A stretch of DNA of 49,337 nt from Candidatus Doudnabacteria bacterium. GTDB taxonomy: Bacteria > Patescibacteriota > Doudnabacteria > UBA920. This document shows positions 36,732 to 46,327 of the stretch, piece by piece; within the stretch, counting starts at the first letter, position 1, and every line of letters begins with the position of its first letter. The notes beneath the pieces were generated by a model. It ran no database searches. It saw only the letters and a program-made list of their open reading frames with translations, and was not told the origin of the DNA. The position numbers and the translations under genes were made by a program. The stretch spans positions 1-49,337 of the forward strand of contig CAIVSE010000042.1 in the NCBI GenBank assembly GCA_903908535.1, written 5' to 3'.

Positions 36732-37586
36732 ATGCAAAAATTTTCTCAAAACGAATTAAAATACAAGGCCAACGATATCCGCCAGGACATTATCCAAATG
36801 CTGCTGGAAGCCAAATCCGGCCACAGTGCCGGCCCTTTGGGTATGGCGGATGTCTTTACCGCTTTATATTTTGGCGGTGTGCTGAATTACCGCCCGGACC
36901 AGCCAGGCTGGCCCGGCCGCGACCGTTTAGTGCTTTCCTGCGGCCATATTTGTCCGGTATTGTACGCCACTTTGGCCGAAGCCGGCTATTTTCCCAAAAC
37001 CGAATTAATGACTTTGCGCAAATTCGGCAGTCGGCTGCAGGGGCATCCTCATAATTTAGATCTTCCGGGTGTGGAAACTACTTCCGGCCCGCTCGGCCAG
37101 GGCTCGTCGCAGGCCGTGGGCATGGCTTTGGCTTTCCGCATGGACCACGTAAAAAACCGTGTTTATTTAATTATGTCCGATGGTGAGCAAAACGAGGGCC
37201 AAACCTGGGAAGCCGTCATGCTGGCCGGTAAAAACAAACTCCATAATTTGACGGCTATTATGGACCGCAACAATATCCAAATAGACGGTTTTACCGAAGA
37301 CGTTATGCCTTTGGAGAATTTAAAAGCCAAGTATGAGGCTTTTAACTGGCACGTGCTGGAAGTCAATGGGAATAATATTGATGAAATTATTGACGCCTGT
37401 CTGGAAGCCCAAAGCATTTACGAAAAGCCTACGTTAATTTTAGCGCACACAATTCCGGGGATGGGCGTGGATTTTATGGAAAACGATTTTAAGTGGCACG
37501 GCAATCCGCCCAATAAGGAGCAAGCCGTGTTGGCTTTAAATGAATTAAGAACTTTGCGCGGACAAATAACCAGTGAACACCAATAA
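36732..37586 (+). CDS. Transketolase, N-terminal (TPP-binding) subunit
   Basis: SGHSAGPLG...CGHICPVLY...SDGEQNEGQTWEA. Confidence 0.9.
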   Translation: MQKFSQNELKYKANDIRQDIIQMLLEAKSGHSAGPLGMADVFTALYFGGVLNYRPDQPGWPGRDRLVLSCGHICPVLYATLAEAGYFPKTELMTLRKFGSRLQGHPHNLDLPGVETTSGPLGQGSSQAVGMALAFRMDHVKNRVYLIMSDGEQNEGQTWEAVMLAGKNKLHNLTAIMDRNNIQIDGFTEDVMPLENLKAKYEAFNWHVLEVNGNNIDEIIDACLEAQSIYEKPTLILAHTIPGMGVDFMENDFKWHGNPPNKEQAVLALNELRTLRGQITSEHQ

Positions 37587-38566
37587 TGGAACTTAATCCA
37601 AAAATCGGCCAGCCGGACATAGAGCAAGTCGCCACCCGTAAGGGTTATGGCGAAGGCCTTTTGGAATTGGGTCTGGCCGACCAAAAAGCGGTGGTGCTCA
37701 CGGCGGATTTGGCCGAGTCCACCCAGGTCTTGGAGTTCGCGCAAAAATACCCGGAGCGGTTTGTGGAATGCGGCGTGGCTGAACAAAATATGATGGGCGT
37801 GGCCGCGGGTTTGGCTTTGGCCGGCAAAACAGCTTTTGTGTCTTCCTACGCGACTTTTAGTCCGGGCCGCAGCTGGGACCAATTAAGAGTCAGTGTGTGT
37901 TACAGCCAGGCCAACGTAAAAGTGGCCGGCGCGCACACCGGCATTAGCGTTGGTCCGGACGGCGCCACGCACCAGGCCTTGGAAGACGTGGCCATAACCA
38001 GGGTCTTGCCAAATTTAGTGGTGGAAGTGCCCTGCGATTATTTGGAAGCTAAAAAAACCACGGTTGCTCTGGGCAAGATGAAGGGCCCGGCATACTTCCG
38101 CCTGGGCCGCGCGGCCACGGCCGTAATGACCACGGCGCAAACGCCGTTTGAACTCGGCAAGGCCTATGTGATGCGCGAAGGCAAGGACGCGGCCATAATA
38201 GGGTCGGGACCCATTTTGTATCAGGCTTTATTGGCTGCCATAGAATTAGAAAAGCAGGGAATTAGCGTTATGGTCGTTAATAATCATACTATTAAGCCTA
38301 TAGACGTAAAAACCATAGTTGAGGCCGCCAAACTTTGCGGCGCGGTGGTAACTGTGGAAGAACATCAGGTTATGGCCGGTTGCGGCAGCGCGGTCTGCGA
38401 AGTTTTGGCGCAAAATTTCCCTGTGCCGGTGGAAATGGTCGGCATGCAAAATACTTTTGGCGAAAGCGGCCAGCCGGACGAACTGTTAAAAAAATATCAA
38501 ATGGATAAGGATGCAATTATGGACGCAATAAAAAGACTTATAAAAAGAAAGAGACAAGTAATATAG
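37586..38566 (+). CDS. Transketolase, C-terminal (pyrimidine-binding) subunit
   Basis: FVECGVAEQNMMGVAAGLA...GATHQALEDVA; TAATG overlap with the N-terminal subunit gene. Confidence 0.9.
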   Translation: MELNPKIGQPDIEQVATRKGYGEGLLELGLADQKAVVLTADLAESTQVLEFAQKYPERFVECGVAEQNMMGVAAGLALAGKTAFVSSYATFSPGRSWDQLRVSVCYSQANVKVAGAHTGISVGPDGATHQALEDVAITRVLPNLVVEVPCDYLEAKKTTVALGKMKGPAYFRLGRAATAVMTTAQTPFELGKAYVMREGKDAAIIGSGPILYQALLAAIELEKQGISVMVVNNHTIKPIDVKTIVEAAKLCGAVVTVEEHQVMAGCGSAVCEVLAQNFPVPVEMVGMQNTFGESGQPDELLKKYQMDKDAIMDAIKRLIKRKRQVI

Positions 38567-38600
38567 CAGACATCTTACATGTTAAATGATAAATATTTTT

Positions 38601-39617
38601 ATGTTTGATCTTATTTCCATCGGCGACGCCACCATAGATACTTTTTTGTTTTTCCATGACATTGAAATTAAGGAAATCAACGGCCAGAGCAAGGCCATTA
38701 TTAACTGGGGCGATAAGCTGCCGGTGGACGAACTTTACCGCACCGTGGCCGGCAATGCCGCCAATAACGCTGTGGGTAGCAGCCGCCTGGGCCTGAAAAC
38801 CGCCTTTTATACCGTGTTGGCGCATGACACCGGCGGCCGGGAAATTATGCACAAAATGACCAAGGAAGGCGTGTCCACCAGGTATATTGTTATTGATGAT
38901 GAACATGGCACCAACGCTTCCACCGTTCTGACTTATAAGGGGGAGCGCACCATTTTGGTTTACCATGAGCACCGTAGGTACAAACTACCCAACCTAGTGC
39001 CAGCGCATTGGCTGTATGTGACTAGTCTTAATAACGGTTTTGAAAAGTTATATCCGGAGTTGGTACGTTATATTGAGAAGTATAAGGTCAAAGTCGGCTA
39101 TAATCCCGGCACTTTCCAGCTGCGAGCCGGCGTGGAAAAAAATTCCTTACTGCTCAAGCGGACAGCGGTGCTGTCGCTTAACGTGGAAGAATCGCAGGGC
39201 TGGGTGGGTGATTGCGGCCGGGATCCGGAAGTCTTGTGCAAGAAATTAACGGAACTGGGGCCGAAAGCGGTTATCCTAACCGACGGCCGCCGCGGCGCTT
39301 ATAGTTACAGCGCGGAAGGTTTTTATTATTTGGGGGAATACCCGGGCCCGTGTTTGGAATCCACCGGCGCCGGCGACGCTTTTACTACGGCTTACATTGC
39401 CGCGCTGTCCCATGGCCTGCCGCATAAGGAAGCCCTGCGCTGGGGGCCGGTCAACGCCGGCAGCGTGGTCCAGCAGGTGGGCCCGCAGGCCGGACTTTTG
39501 ACCAAAAAAGAACTGGAAAGCCGGCTGAAAAAAATGAAAACCTTTAAGCCCACGGAAATAACCGATGAAAAAATCAAGAACAAGGTTTTAGAATCAGTAA
39601 AGACTAAAGAAGATTAA
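38601..39617 (+). CDS. PfkB-family carbohydrate kinase (alternative start at 38586)
   Basis: MFDLISIGDATID...TGAGDAFTTAY. Confidence 0.8.
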   Translation: MFDLISIGDATIDTFLFFHDIEIKEINGQSKAIINWGDKLPVDELYRTVAGNAANNAVGSSRLGLKTAFYTVLAHDTGGREIMHKMTKEGVSTRYIVIDDEHGTNASTVLTYKGERTILVYHEHRRYKLPNLVPAHWLYVTSLNNGFEKLYPELVRYIEKYKVKVGYNPGTFQLRAGVEKNSLLLKRTAVLSLNVEESQGWVGDCGRDPEVLCKKLTELGPKAVILTDGRRGAYSYSAEGFYYLGEYPGPCLESTGAGDAFTTAYIAALSHGLPHKEALRWGPVNAGSVVQQVGPQAGLLTKKELESRLKKMKTFKPTEITDEKIKNKVLESVKTKED

Positions 39618-39620
39618 TTT

Positions 39621-39839
39621 ATGTCTAACCTCATTGGCGGCTCCGTATCCGATCCCAATCTTCCCTTAAGGCTGATGCTGATAGTTTTTGCCGGCATTTT
39701 GGCCGTTGGCGCAGTCAGTTACTGGCGGGCGGAACTATACGTGGCCGCGGACTACCAGCCTTTGCCCGTCACCCACCAGGAAATAAAAATTATTGATCAA
39801 AACAATTTAATTAAGAAGGAGCTTTATGGAACCAATTAA
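39621..39839 (+). CDS. Small membrane protein, hypothetical
   Basis: 72 aa with one TM segment LRLMLIVFAGILAVGAVSYW; overlaps the gap start by 14 nt. Confidence 0.4.
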   Translation: MSNLIGGSVSDPNLPLRLMLIVFAGILAVGAVSYWRAELYVAADYQPLPVTHQEIKIIDQNNLIKKELYGTN

Positions 39840-40848
39840 AGTCGGTATTAACGGCTTCGGCCGCATTGGCCGCCAGGCCTTTAAGCTGGCCATTGACAAA
39901 CAGGAAATAGAAGTTGTAGCCATTAACGATTTAACCAGCCCCGCGGTTTTGGCGCATCTCTTAAAGTATGACAGCAACTACGGACGGTTTCCCCATACCA
40001 TTACCGCGGATGAAACCCACGTCATCGTGGACGGCAGGCAATATTTGGTTATCGCGGAAAAAGATCCCGCCAGTCTGCCCTGGGGCAAGCTGGGCGTGGA
40101 CGTGGTTTTGGAATGCACCGGCCGGTTTACGGACAGCGAAAAAGCCGGTGCGCACCTTAAGGCTGGCGCCAAACATGTCATAATTTCCGCCCCGGCCAAA
40201 GACGAGGGTCTTACTCCCACCATAGTTTTGGGCGTCAACGAAAAAGCTTACACCGGCCAGCCCATAATCAGTAACGCTTCCTGCACCACCAATTGCATCA
40301 CGCCGGTTATGTCCGTGCTGCAGGCCAAGTTCGGCATAACAAAAGCTTTTATGACCACCATCCACAGCTACACGGCGGAGCAGAATTTGGTGGACGGGCC
40401 GCCGCCCGGAGGCAAGGTTGATGACATGCGTCGCGCGCGCTCCGCGGCCGAAAATATTATCCCGACTACGACCGGCGCGGCCATTTCCGCCACCCAGGCC
40501 ATTCCGGAACTAAAAGGCCGCTTTGGCGGCCTGGCTTTCCGCGTGCCCACTCCTGTTGGTTCGCTGTCCGACTTCACGCTACTGCTAAAAACTAAAACCA
40601 CCAAAGACGAAATCAATCGCGCCTTTACGGAAGCCAGCCAGTCCTCTGTATATAAAGGAATTTTGGAAGTCACCAACGAGCAAATTGTCTCTTCCGATAT
40701 TGTCGGTAATCCCGCTTCCTGTATTGTGGATTTGTCCCTGACCCAGGTTATGGACGGCGACTTCGTAAAGGTTGTAGCCTGGTATGACAACGAGTTCGGC
40801 TACAGTAACAGGCTGGTGGAAGAAATAATTTTAGTGGGAAGCAAATAG
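39826..40848 (+). CDS. gap: Glyceraldehyde-3-phosphate dehydrogenase
   Basis: GINGFGRIGR, SNASCTTNC; AGGAG SD upstream. Confidence 0.95.
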   Translation: MEPIKVGINGFGRIGRQAFKLAIDKQEIEVVAINDLTSPAVLAHLLKYDSNYGRFPHTITADETHVIVDGRQYLVIAEKDPASLPWGKLGVDVVLECTGRFTDSEKAGAHLKAGAKHVIISAPAKDEGLTPTIVLGVNEKAYTGQPIISNASCTTNCITPVMSVLQAKFGITKAFMTTIHSYTAEQNLVDGPPPGGKVDDMRRARSAAENIIPTTTGAAISATQAIPELKGRFGGLAFRVPTPVGSLSDFTLLLKTKTTKDEINRAFTEASQSSVYKGILEVTNEQIVSSDIVGNPASCIVDLSLTQVMDGDFVKVVAWYDNEFGYSNRLVEEIILVGSK

Positions 40849-40850
40849 TA

Positions 40851-42074
40851 ATGGCCATTAAGTACATCAACTCTAAGACTTTTAAAAATAAAACCGTACT
40901 TGTACGGGTTGATGTTAATGTTCCCATAAAAAATAACAAGGTTGAGGATGACTTTCGCATAAACTCTGTTATTCTAACCTTGAGAATGCTAAGGGATGGC
41001 GGTAACCGGATAATATTATGCGGTCATTTAGGCCGCCCGGAAGGAGAATGGGAAGAAAGTTTAAGTTTAAGACCGGTGGCCAGGGAACTGGCTTACCAAA
41101 TGGGTTATAAATTTTTAGAAACAGCCCACGAGCTGGGCAGCTATCCCGACCGGCGCCTGATTTTTTTTACCGGCAATTTAATGGAAGATACCCACCTGGC
41201 GCAGTTAAAGCTGGTGCCGGAAAGTGATTTGCTATTTTTGGAAAATTTACGATTTTACCCGCAGGAAGAGGAAAATGCCATGTCTTTAGCCAGGAGGCTG
41301 GCTAGCTGCGCCGACGCTTACGTGGACGAGGCCTTTTCCGTGACTCATCATAGGGCGGTTTCTATTTCCGCCATCACCAAAGTTTTGCCCGCCTATGGCG
41401 GCCCTTTGCTGGAACAGGAGATTAAGTCGTTAAGTTTTGTGCTGGAGCGGCGGCAAAAGCCGTTTGTGTTGATGATGGGCGGCATTAAGATTTCCGACAA
41501 GATAGAAGTTTTGGAACATTTGGGCAAACATGCCGACAGCATTTTGCTGGGAGGCGGGTTGGCCAGTTTGGTGTTTGCTTCGCGCGGTTACGAAATTGGT
41601 ATTTCCAAAACAGAAGCCGGCGCTTTAAATAAAGCCTTCCAGGTGGACAAAAATTTTAAAAATAAACTGGTTTTGCCCGTAGATGTTGTCGTGGCCAATA
41701 AGGACATGGACAAAGACAGCATCCGCGTTTGCCCGCCCCACGAAGTCCGAAAAAATGAACAGATTTTGGATGCCGGCCCCAAAACTATTTTGCAGTTCGC
41801 GGGAATTTTAAAGACGGCCAAGACCATTGTCTGGAACGGCCCGCTGGGGCTGTTTGAACGCAAACCGTTTTATACGGCTACCATAGCTTTGGCGCGGGTT
41901 ATTGGCGGCGTGGGTAAGCGCACGGCCTATGCCTTAGTTGGCGGCGGCGAAACCGTGGACGCGGTGCGCCAGGCCGGACAGCTGGAAAATATTGACCACG
42001 TCTCCACCGGCGGGGGAGCCATGCTGGAGTTCTTGGCCGGCAAAAAACTGCCGGGCATAGAAGCCTTGAAATAA
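40851..42074 (+). CDS. pgk: Phosphoglycerate kinase
   Basis: VLVRVDVNVP...GGGETV...STGGGAMLEFL. Confidence 0.93.
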   Translation: MAIKYINSKTFKNKTVLVRVDVNVPIKNNKVEDDFRINSVILTLRMLRDGGNRIILCGHLGRPEGEWEESLSLRPVARELAYQMGYKFLETAHELGSYPDRRLIFFTGNLMEDTHLAQLKLVPESDLLFLENLRFYPQEEENAMSLARRLASCADAYVDEAFSVTHHRAVSISAITKVLPAYGGPLLEQEIKSLSFVLERRQKPFVLMMGGIKISDKIEVLEHLGKHADSILLGGGLASLVFASRGYEIGISKTEAGALNKAFQVDKNFKNKLVLPVDVVVANKDMDKDSIRVCPPHEVRKNEQILDAGPKTILQFAGILKTAKTIVWNGPLGLFERKPFYTATIALARVIGGVGKRTAYALVGGGETVDAVRQAGQLENIDHVSTGGGAMLEFLAGKKLPGIEALK

Positions 42075-42085
42075 TTATCCACACG

Positions 42086-42113
42086 TTGACAAACGCGTGG
42101 ATTTCTTTATAAT
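42086..42113 (+). promoter_or_regulatory. Sigma70-like promoter
   Basis: TTGACA, 16-nt spacer, TATAAT. Confidence 0.55.
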
Positions 42114-42163
42114 TCAAATTACGTTCCTGTTTTGGGGCGACACCATGTTAGGAGGAATATGAA

Positions 42164-42496
42164 ATGGAAAAAGAAGATGCCGGGCCTGCCGGTGAAGACT
42201 CTTTGGGAGAATCGGTAAAAAACCTGACCGGAATGGTAAAACGCATGTACGCGGTCCATCGCGCCAGGTGGGATTGCAAAAACGAGCCTATGGAAATTTC
42301 CCTGCGGCGCGTTGGCGCGGTCTTTGCCAAGAATTTTGGCCTGACGGTAAGGATGCTGCAGGCGTTGTTACCTGATTATCGCGTAACTTACGACGTGCCT
42401 GACGAGTGGTTTAACATCCAGGTCATCCTTCGGGAAGACATAAAACCGCACGCCAAGCAGCAGGCGGTTACCGAAGTTTCAGCCTCTCCGGTTTGA
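42164..42496 (+). CDS. Hypothetical protein
   Basis: GGAGG SD 5 nt upstream; 110 aa; own promoter and terminator. Confidence 0.5.
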   Translation: MEKEDAGPAGEDSLGESVKNLTGMVKRMYAVHRARWDCKNEPMEISLRRVGAVFAKNFGLTVRMLQALLPDYRVTYDVPDEWFNIQVILREDIKPHAKQQAVTEVSASPV

Positions 42497-42518
42497 GCCT
42501 GTAGTTTTCCACACACAG

Positions 42519-42551
42519 CGGCCTCGGCGTTTTGCCCGGCCGTTTTTTTTT
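42519..42551 (+). terminator. Rho-independent terminator
   Basis: CGGCC..GGC / GCC..GGCCG stem followed by T9. Confidence 0.7.
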
Positions 42552-42578
42552 GATACTAACGTAGAATACTGGTATACT

Positions 42579-44192
42579 ATGAGTATATTTATGGAGCATA
42601 AAATTTACAAAAAAGTCGCCCTGATAGTCTTGGACGGTTTTGGCGTGGCCCATGAAAGCAACGGTAACGCCATTAGCCTGGCTAAGACGCCGACCCTGGA
42701 CTATTTAGTCGCCAATTTTCCTTCCCTGACTTTACAGGCCAGCGGCCCGTTAGTCGGCCTGCCCTGGGGCGAAATGGGCAATTCCGAAGTCGGGCACCTC
42801 AACATTGGCGCCGGCCGCATTGTCGGGCAGGATTTGCCGCGCATTACGCTTTCTATCCAAAACGGGGATTTTTTTAAGAATAAAGCTTTTTTGGACGCCA
42901 TTTCACATGTTAAGCAAGGCCATTCCAAATTGCATTTAATTGGCATGGTCAGTCCGGGCGGCGTGCACAGTTTGGACGAACATTTATACGCTTTACTCGG
43001 CCTGGCCAAAGAGTCCGGCCTGGAGCAGGCCTATATTCATATGTTTACTGATGGCCGCGATACCGAACCGCGCGTGGCTTTGGAGACCCTGCGGCAGCTG
43101 CGGGAGCGCGTGGGGCGCATTGGCATAGGCCTTGTGGCCAGCGTGGCCGGCCGTTTTTACGCCATGGACCGCGGCGGCCACTGGGGCCAAACCGAACTGG
43201 AATATCAGGCTTTGGTTAACGGTAAAGGTGAGACCGCGCCTTCAGCGGAACAGGCTGTGAGCGGCAATTACAGCCGCCAAATTTTTGATGAAATGATCAA
43301 GCCTACGGTTATTACCAAGCCGGATGGTCAGCCAATGGCCACCGTGGGCGAAAATGACGCCATAATATTTTTTAATTTCCGTTCCGACCGCGCCCTTCAG
43401 CTGACGCGGATGTTTGTCCAGCCGGAAGTTCTGCCGCAGGAATTTCGCCACCACGCCATCAATAATTTATATTTTGCCGCCATGACCGAATACGCCCCGG
43501 ATCTGGCGGTGGCCGTGGCTTTTCCATCCGTCAGTTTGAAAGATTCCCTGGGCGAGGTTTTGGCCAATAACGGTTTAACCCAGTTCCACACCGCGGAAAG
43601 CGAAAAATATGCCCATGTCACGGTATTCTTTAGCGGCGGCCGCAGTGAAAAGTTTAAAGGCGAAGAACGGCTGATTGTAGACAGCCCGAGTAATTCCCAT
43701 AATTATTCGGACCAGCCGGAAATGTCGGCCGGGTTGCTGACGGATGAGTTGGTAAAAAGGATAGCCGCCGGCAGCTTTAATTTTTATCTTGCCAATTACG
43801 CCAACTGCGATATGGTCGGCCACACCGGGGTGCTGGCCGCCGGAATTAAGGCTGTGGAATTTTTGGATGCCTGCCTTAAAAAGCTTTTGGACGCCTGCCT
43901 GGCCGCGGATACGGCGCTGCTGATTACGGCTGACCATGGCAATATAGAGCAGATGATTAACCAGAAAACCGGAGACATAGACAAAGACCATACTACCAAC
44001 CCGGTGCCGCTGCTGATTGCGGCCAGTGAATTTAAGTTTGTCCAGCCCAAAGACGCCCGTTTTATTTCTTTGGCCGCGCGCACGCCGGTGGGCTGTTTAA
44101 GCGATATCGCGCCCACTATTTTGGACCTGCTCGGCCTGCCGGAATCCCCGGAGATGACAGGCGTGAATTTACTTGAAAATGACTATGCCTAA
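42579..44192 (+). CDS. gpmI: 2,3-bisphosphoglycerate-independent phosphoglycerate mutase (alternative start at 42591)
   Basis: VALIVLDGFG...SGPLVGLP.GEMGNSEVGH...TADHGN. Confidence 0.92.
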   Translation: MSIFMEHKIYKKVALIVLDGFGVAHESNGNAISLAKTPTLDYLVANFPSLTLQASGPLVGLPWGEMGNSEVGHLNIGAGRIVGQDLPRITLSIQNGDFFKNKAFLDAISHVKQGHSKLHLIGMVSPGGVHSLDEHLYALLGLAKESGLEQAYIHMFTDGRDTEPRVALETLRQLRERVGRIGIGLVASVAGRFYAMDRGGHWGQTELEYQALVNGKGETAPSAEQAVSGNYSRQIFDEMIKPTVITKPDGQPMATVGENDAIIFFNFRSDRALQLTRMFVQPEVLPQEFRHHAINNLYFAAMTEYAPDLAVAVAFPSVSLKDSLGEVLANNGLTQFHTAESEKYAHVTVFFSGGRSEKFKGEERLIVDSPSNSHNYSDQPEMSAGLLTDELVKRIAAGSFNFYLANYANCDMVGHTGVLAAGIKAVEFLDACLKKLLDACLAADTALLITADHGNIEQMINQKTGDIDKDHTTNPVPLLIAASEFKFVQPKDARFISLAARTPVGCLSDIAPTILDLLGLPESPEMTGVNLLENDYA

Positions 44193-45867
44193 AAACTGGA
44201 CCGTAAAGCCATGTCCTTATGCCGACCTTGCCGCTACCTTGCTCTACCAGCGCGGCCTGACGGATAAAGAGGACATCCAAAAATTCCTTGACCCCAAGTA
44301 CGAGGATTTAAACAATCCTTTTTTATTTATGGACATGCAGAAAGCCGTGGGCCGTATTTTGGCTGCCATAAAAAATGGCGAGGGGATTTGTATTTACGGG
44401 GACTACGACGCCGACGCGGTTACCGCCAATGCCGTGGTTCAGCTGGCCCTACGCCATTTGGGCGTGGAAGTTAAATCTTACATTCCCGACCGTTTTACCG
44501 AAGGTTATGGCCTGAACCTGGAGGCTTTGCAAAAAATAAAAGATGGCGGTTCAAAAATTGTCATCACCGTGGATTGCGGCACCAATTCCGTGGATGTGGC
44601 CGAATTTTGTGCGCAAAACGGCATGGATTTGATTATTACCGACCACCACGAAATTATTGGGCCTGCGCCAAAGGCTTACGCTTTAATTAATCCGAAGAAT
44701 CCGGCGGATAAGTATCCTTACCGCGAAATTACCGGCGTGGGCGTGGCTTTTAAATTGGTGCAGGCTTTGTTTGAAAATTGTAAATTGAAAATTGAAAATT
44801 TCGCCTGGATTGAAGGGTGGGAGAAATGGCTGCTGGATTTGGTGGCCATTGGCACGGTGGCCGACTGCCACTCTTTGATGGGTGAAAACCGGATTTTGGT
44901 TAAGTATGGCTTAAAGGTTTTAGCCAAAACCAAGTGGGCCGGCTTGCGGGCCTTAATTGCAACCGCCGGTTTGGATTTCAGCCAAAAATTACCGGATACC
45001 TACACTTTGGGTTTTGTTATTGCGCCCAGGCTGAATGCCGCGGGCAGGCTGGAGCACGCGGATACGGCTTTGCATTTGCTGCTGGAACAGGACGCGGTTT
45101 TGGCGCAACAAAAAGCCGCGGTTTTGGAAAAAATCAATTCGCGGCGGCAGGAGCAAACCGCGCGCATTTTGAGCGAAGCCCGGGAGCAGGCGGAATTAAT
45201 TGCCGACAGGAAAGTTATTGTTGTGGCCGGCGAAGGCTGGAACAAAGGCATTGTTGGTTTGGTGGCCGGCAAACTGGCCGAGGAATTCCATAAGCCGGCC
45301 ATTGTTTTGGAAAAAACCGAAACAGAGTGCACGGGCTCGGCCCGCACCGTGGGCGAGTTTGACGTGGTGGAAGCTTTAAAATATGCTGCTGATTTTTTGA
45401 CCAGTTTTGGCGGCCACAAACAGGCCGCGGGCCTGACTTTAAAAACCGAAAATCTTGAAAAGTTTTACCAAAAAGTTTTGGACTACGCGGAAGTTAATTT
45501 AAAGGAAGATGATTTGCAAAAACAACTCCTGCTGGATGCGGAATTAGCCTTTGATGATTTAAGTTTAAAGACCTGCGAGCTGTTAAACCAAATGGAGCCG
45601 TTTGGCGTGGATAATGCCAAACCCAAATTTTTGATCAGGAATCTCCAGGTGGTTTCCAGCCGGGGCGTGGGCAAAGACGGCAATCATTTGCAATTAAAAC
45701 TCAAAGCCGGAAATACGGAAGTCGACGGCATTTTATTTAACTGCGGGGATTTTGCCAAAACATTGCAAATGGGCGATACTATAGACGTGGCCGCGGAATT
45801 GATGGAAGATTCGTGGAACGGCAAAAAGAAGGTTAAGCTAAGAATAATAGATTTAAAAAAATTATGA
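44185..45867 (+). CDS. recJ: Single-stranded-DNA-specific exonuclease RecJ (alternative start at 44173)
   Basis: DYDADAVT, ITDHHE (DHH motif), FGGHKQAAG (DHHA1). Confidence 0.88.
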   Translation: MPKNWTVKPCPYADLAATLLYQRGLTDKEDIQKFLDPKYEDLNNPFLFMDMQKAVGRILAAIKNGEGICIYGDYDADAVTANAVVQLALRHLGVEVKSYIPDRFTEGYGLNLEALQKIKDGGSKIVITVDCGTNSVDVAEFCAQNGMDLIITDHHEIIGPAPKAYALINPKNPADKYPYREITGVGVAFKLVQALFENCKLKIENFAWIEGWEKWLLDLVAIGTVADCHSLMGENRILVKYGLKVLAKTKWAGLRALIATAGLDFSQKLPDTYTLGFVIAPRLNAAGRLEHADTALHLLLEQDAVLAQQKAAVLEKINSRRQEQTARILSEAREQAELIADRKVIVVAGEGWNKGIVGLVAGKLAEEFHKPAIVLEKTETECTGSARTVGEFDVVEALKYAADFLTSFGGHKQAAGLTLKTENLEKFYQKVLDYAEVNLKEDDLQKQLLLDAELAFDDLSLKTCELLNQMEPFGVDNAKPKFLIRNLQVVSSRGVGKDGNHLQLKLKAGNTEVDGILFNCGDFAKTLQMGDTIDVAAELMEDSWNGKKKVKLRIIDLKKL

Positions 45868-46265
45868 AGCTGACTATAAATACCGACGGCGGCGCCAGGG
45901 GCAATCCCGGCCCGGCCGGCATAGGCGTGGTCATCCGCGGCGAAAATAATAAAATTCTCGCGGGCCATGAGCAATATATTGGCGAGGCCACCAATAACGT
46001 GGCCGAGTACAAGGCATTGATTTTAGCATTGCATGAAGCTGAAAAAATCGGAGCGACTGATTTACTTATAAATATGGATTCAGAACTGGTGGTCAAACAA
46101 ATGAAGGGCCAGTATAAAATCAAGGAGCCCGGCCTGCAATTGTTGGCCGCGGAAGCCTTTAAACTCATCAAAAATTTTCATTCCGTGAATTTTAACCACG
46201 TCCGCCGCGAATTCAACAAAGAAGCGGATAAACTGGTTAACGAGGCTATTGACAAAGGCCAATAA
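45864..46265 (+). CDS. rnhA: RNase HI-family protein (RVT_3-type RNase H)
   Basis: INTDGGARGNPGPAGIG...NNVAEYKALI...DSELVV...NKEADKL. Confidence 0.85.
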   Translation: MKLTINTDGGARGNPGPAGIGVVIRGENNKILAGHEQYIGEATNNVAEYKALILALHEAEKIGATDLLINMDSELVVKQMKGQYKIKEPGLQLLAAEAFKLIKNFHSVNFNHVRREFNKEADKLVNEAIDKGQ

Positions 46266-46327
46266 ATGCTGTATAATATATACACAGTGGAAACCCGCTG
46301 AATTTTACAATTTGAAGGAGAAAGACG

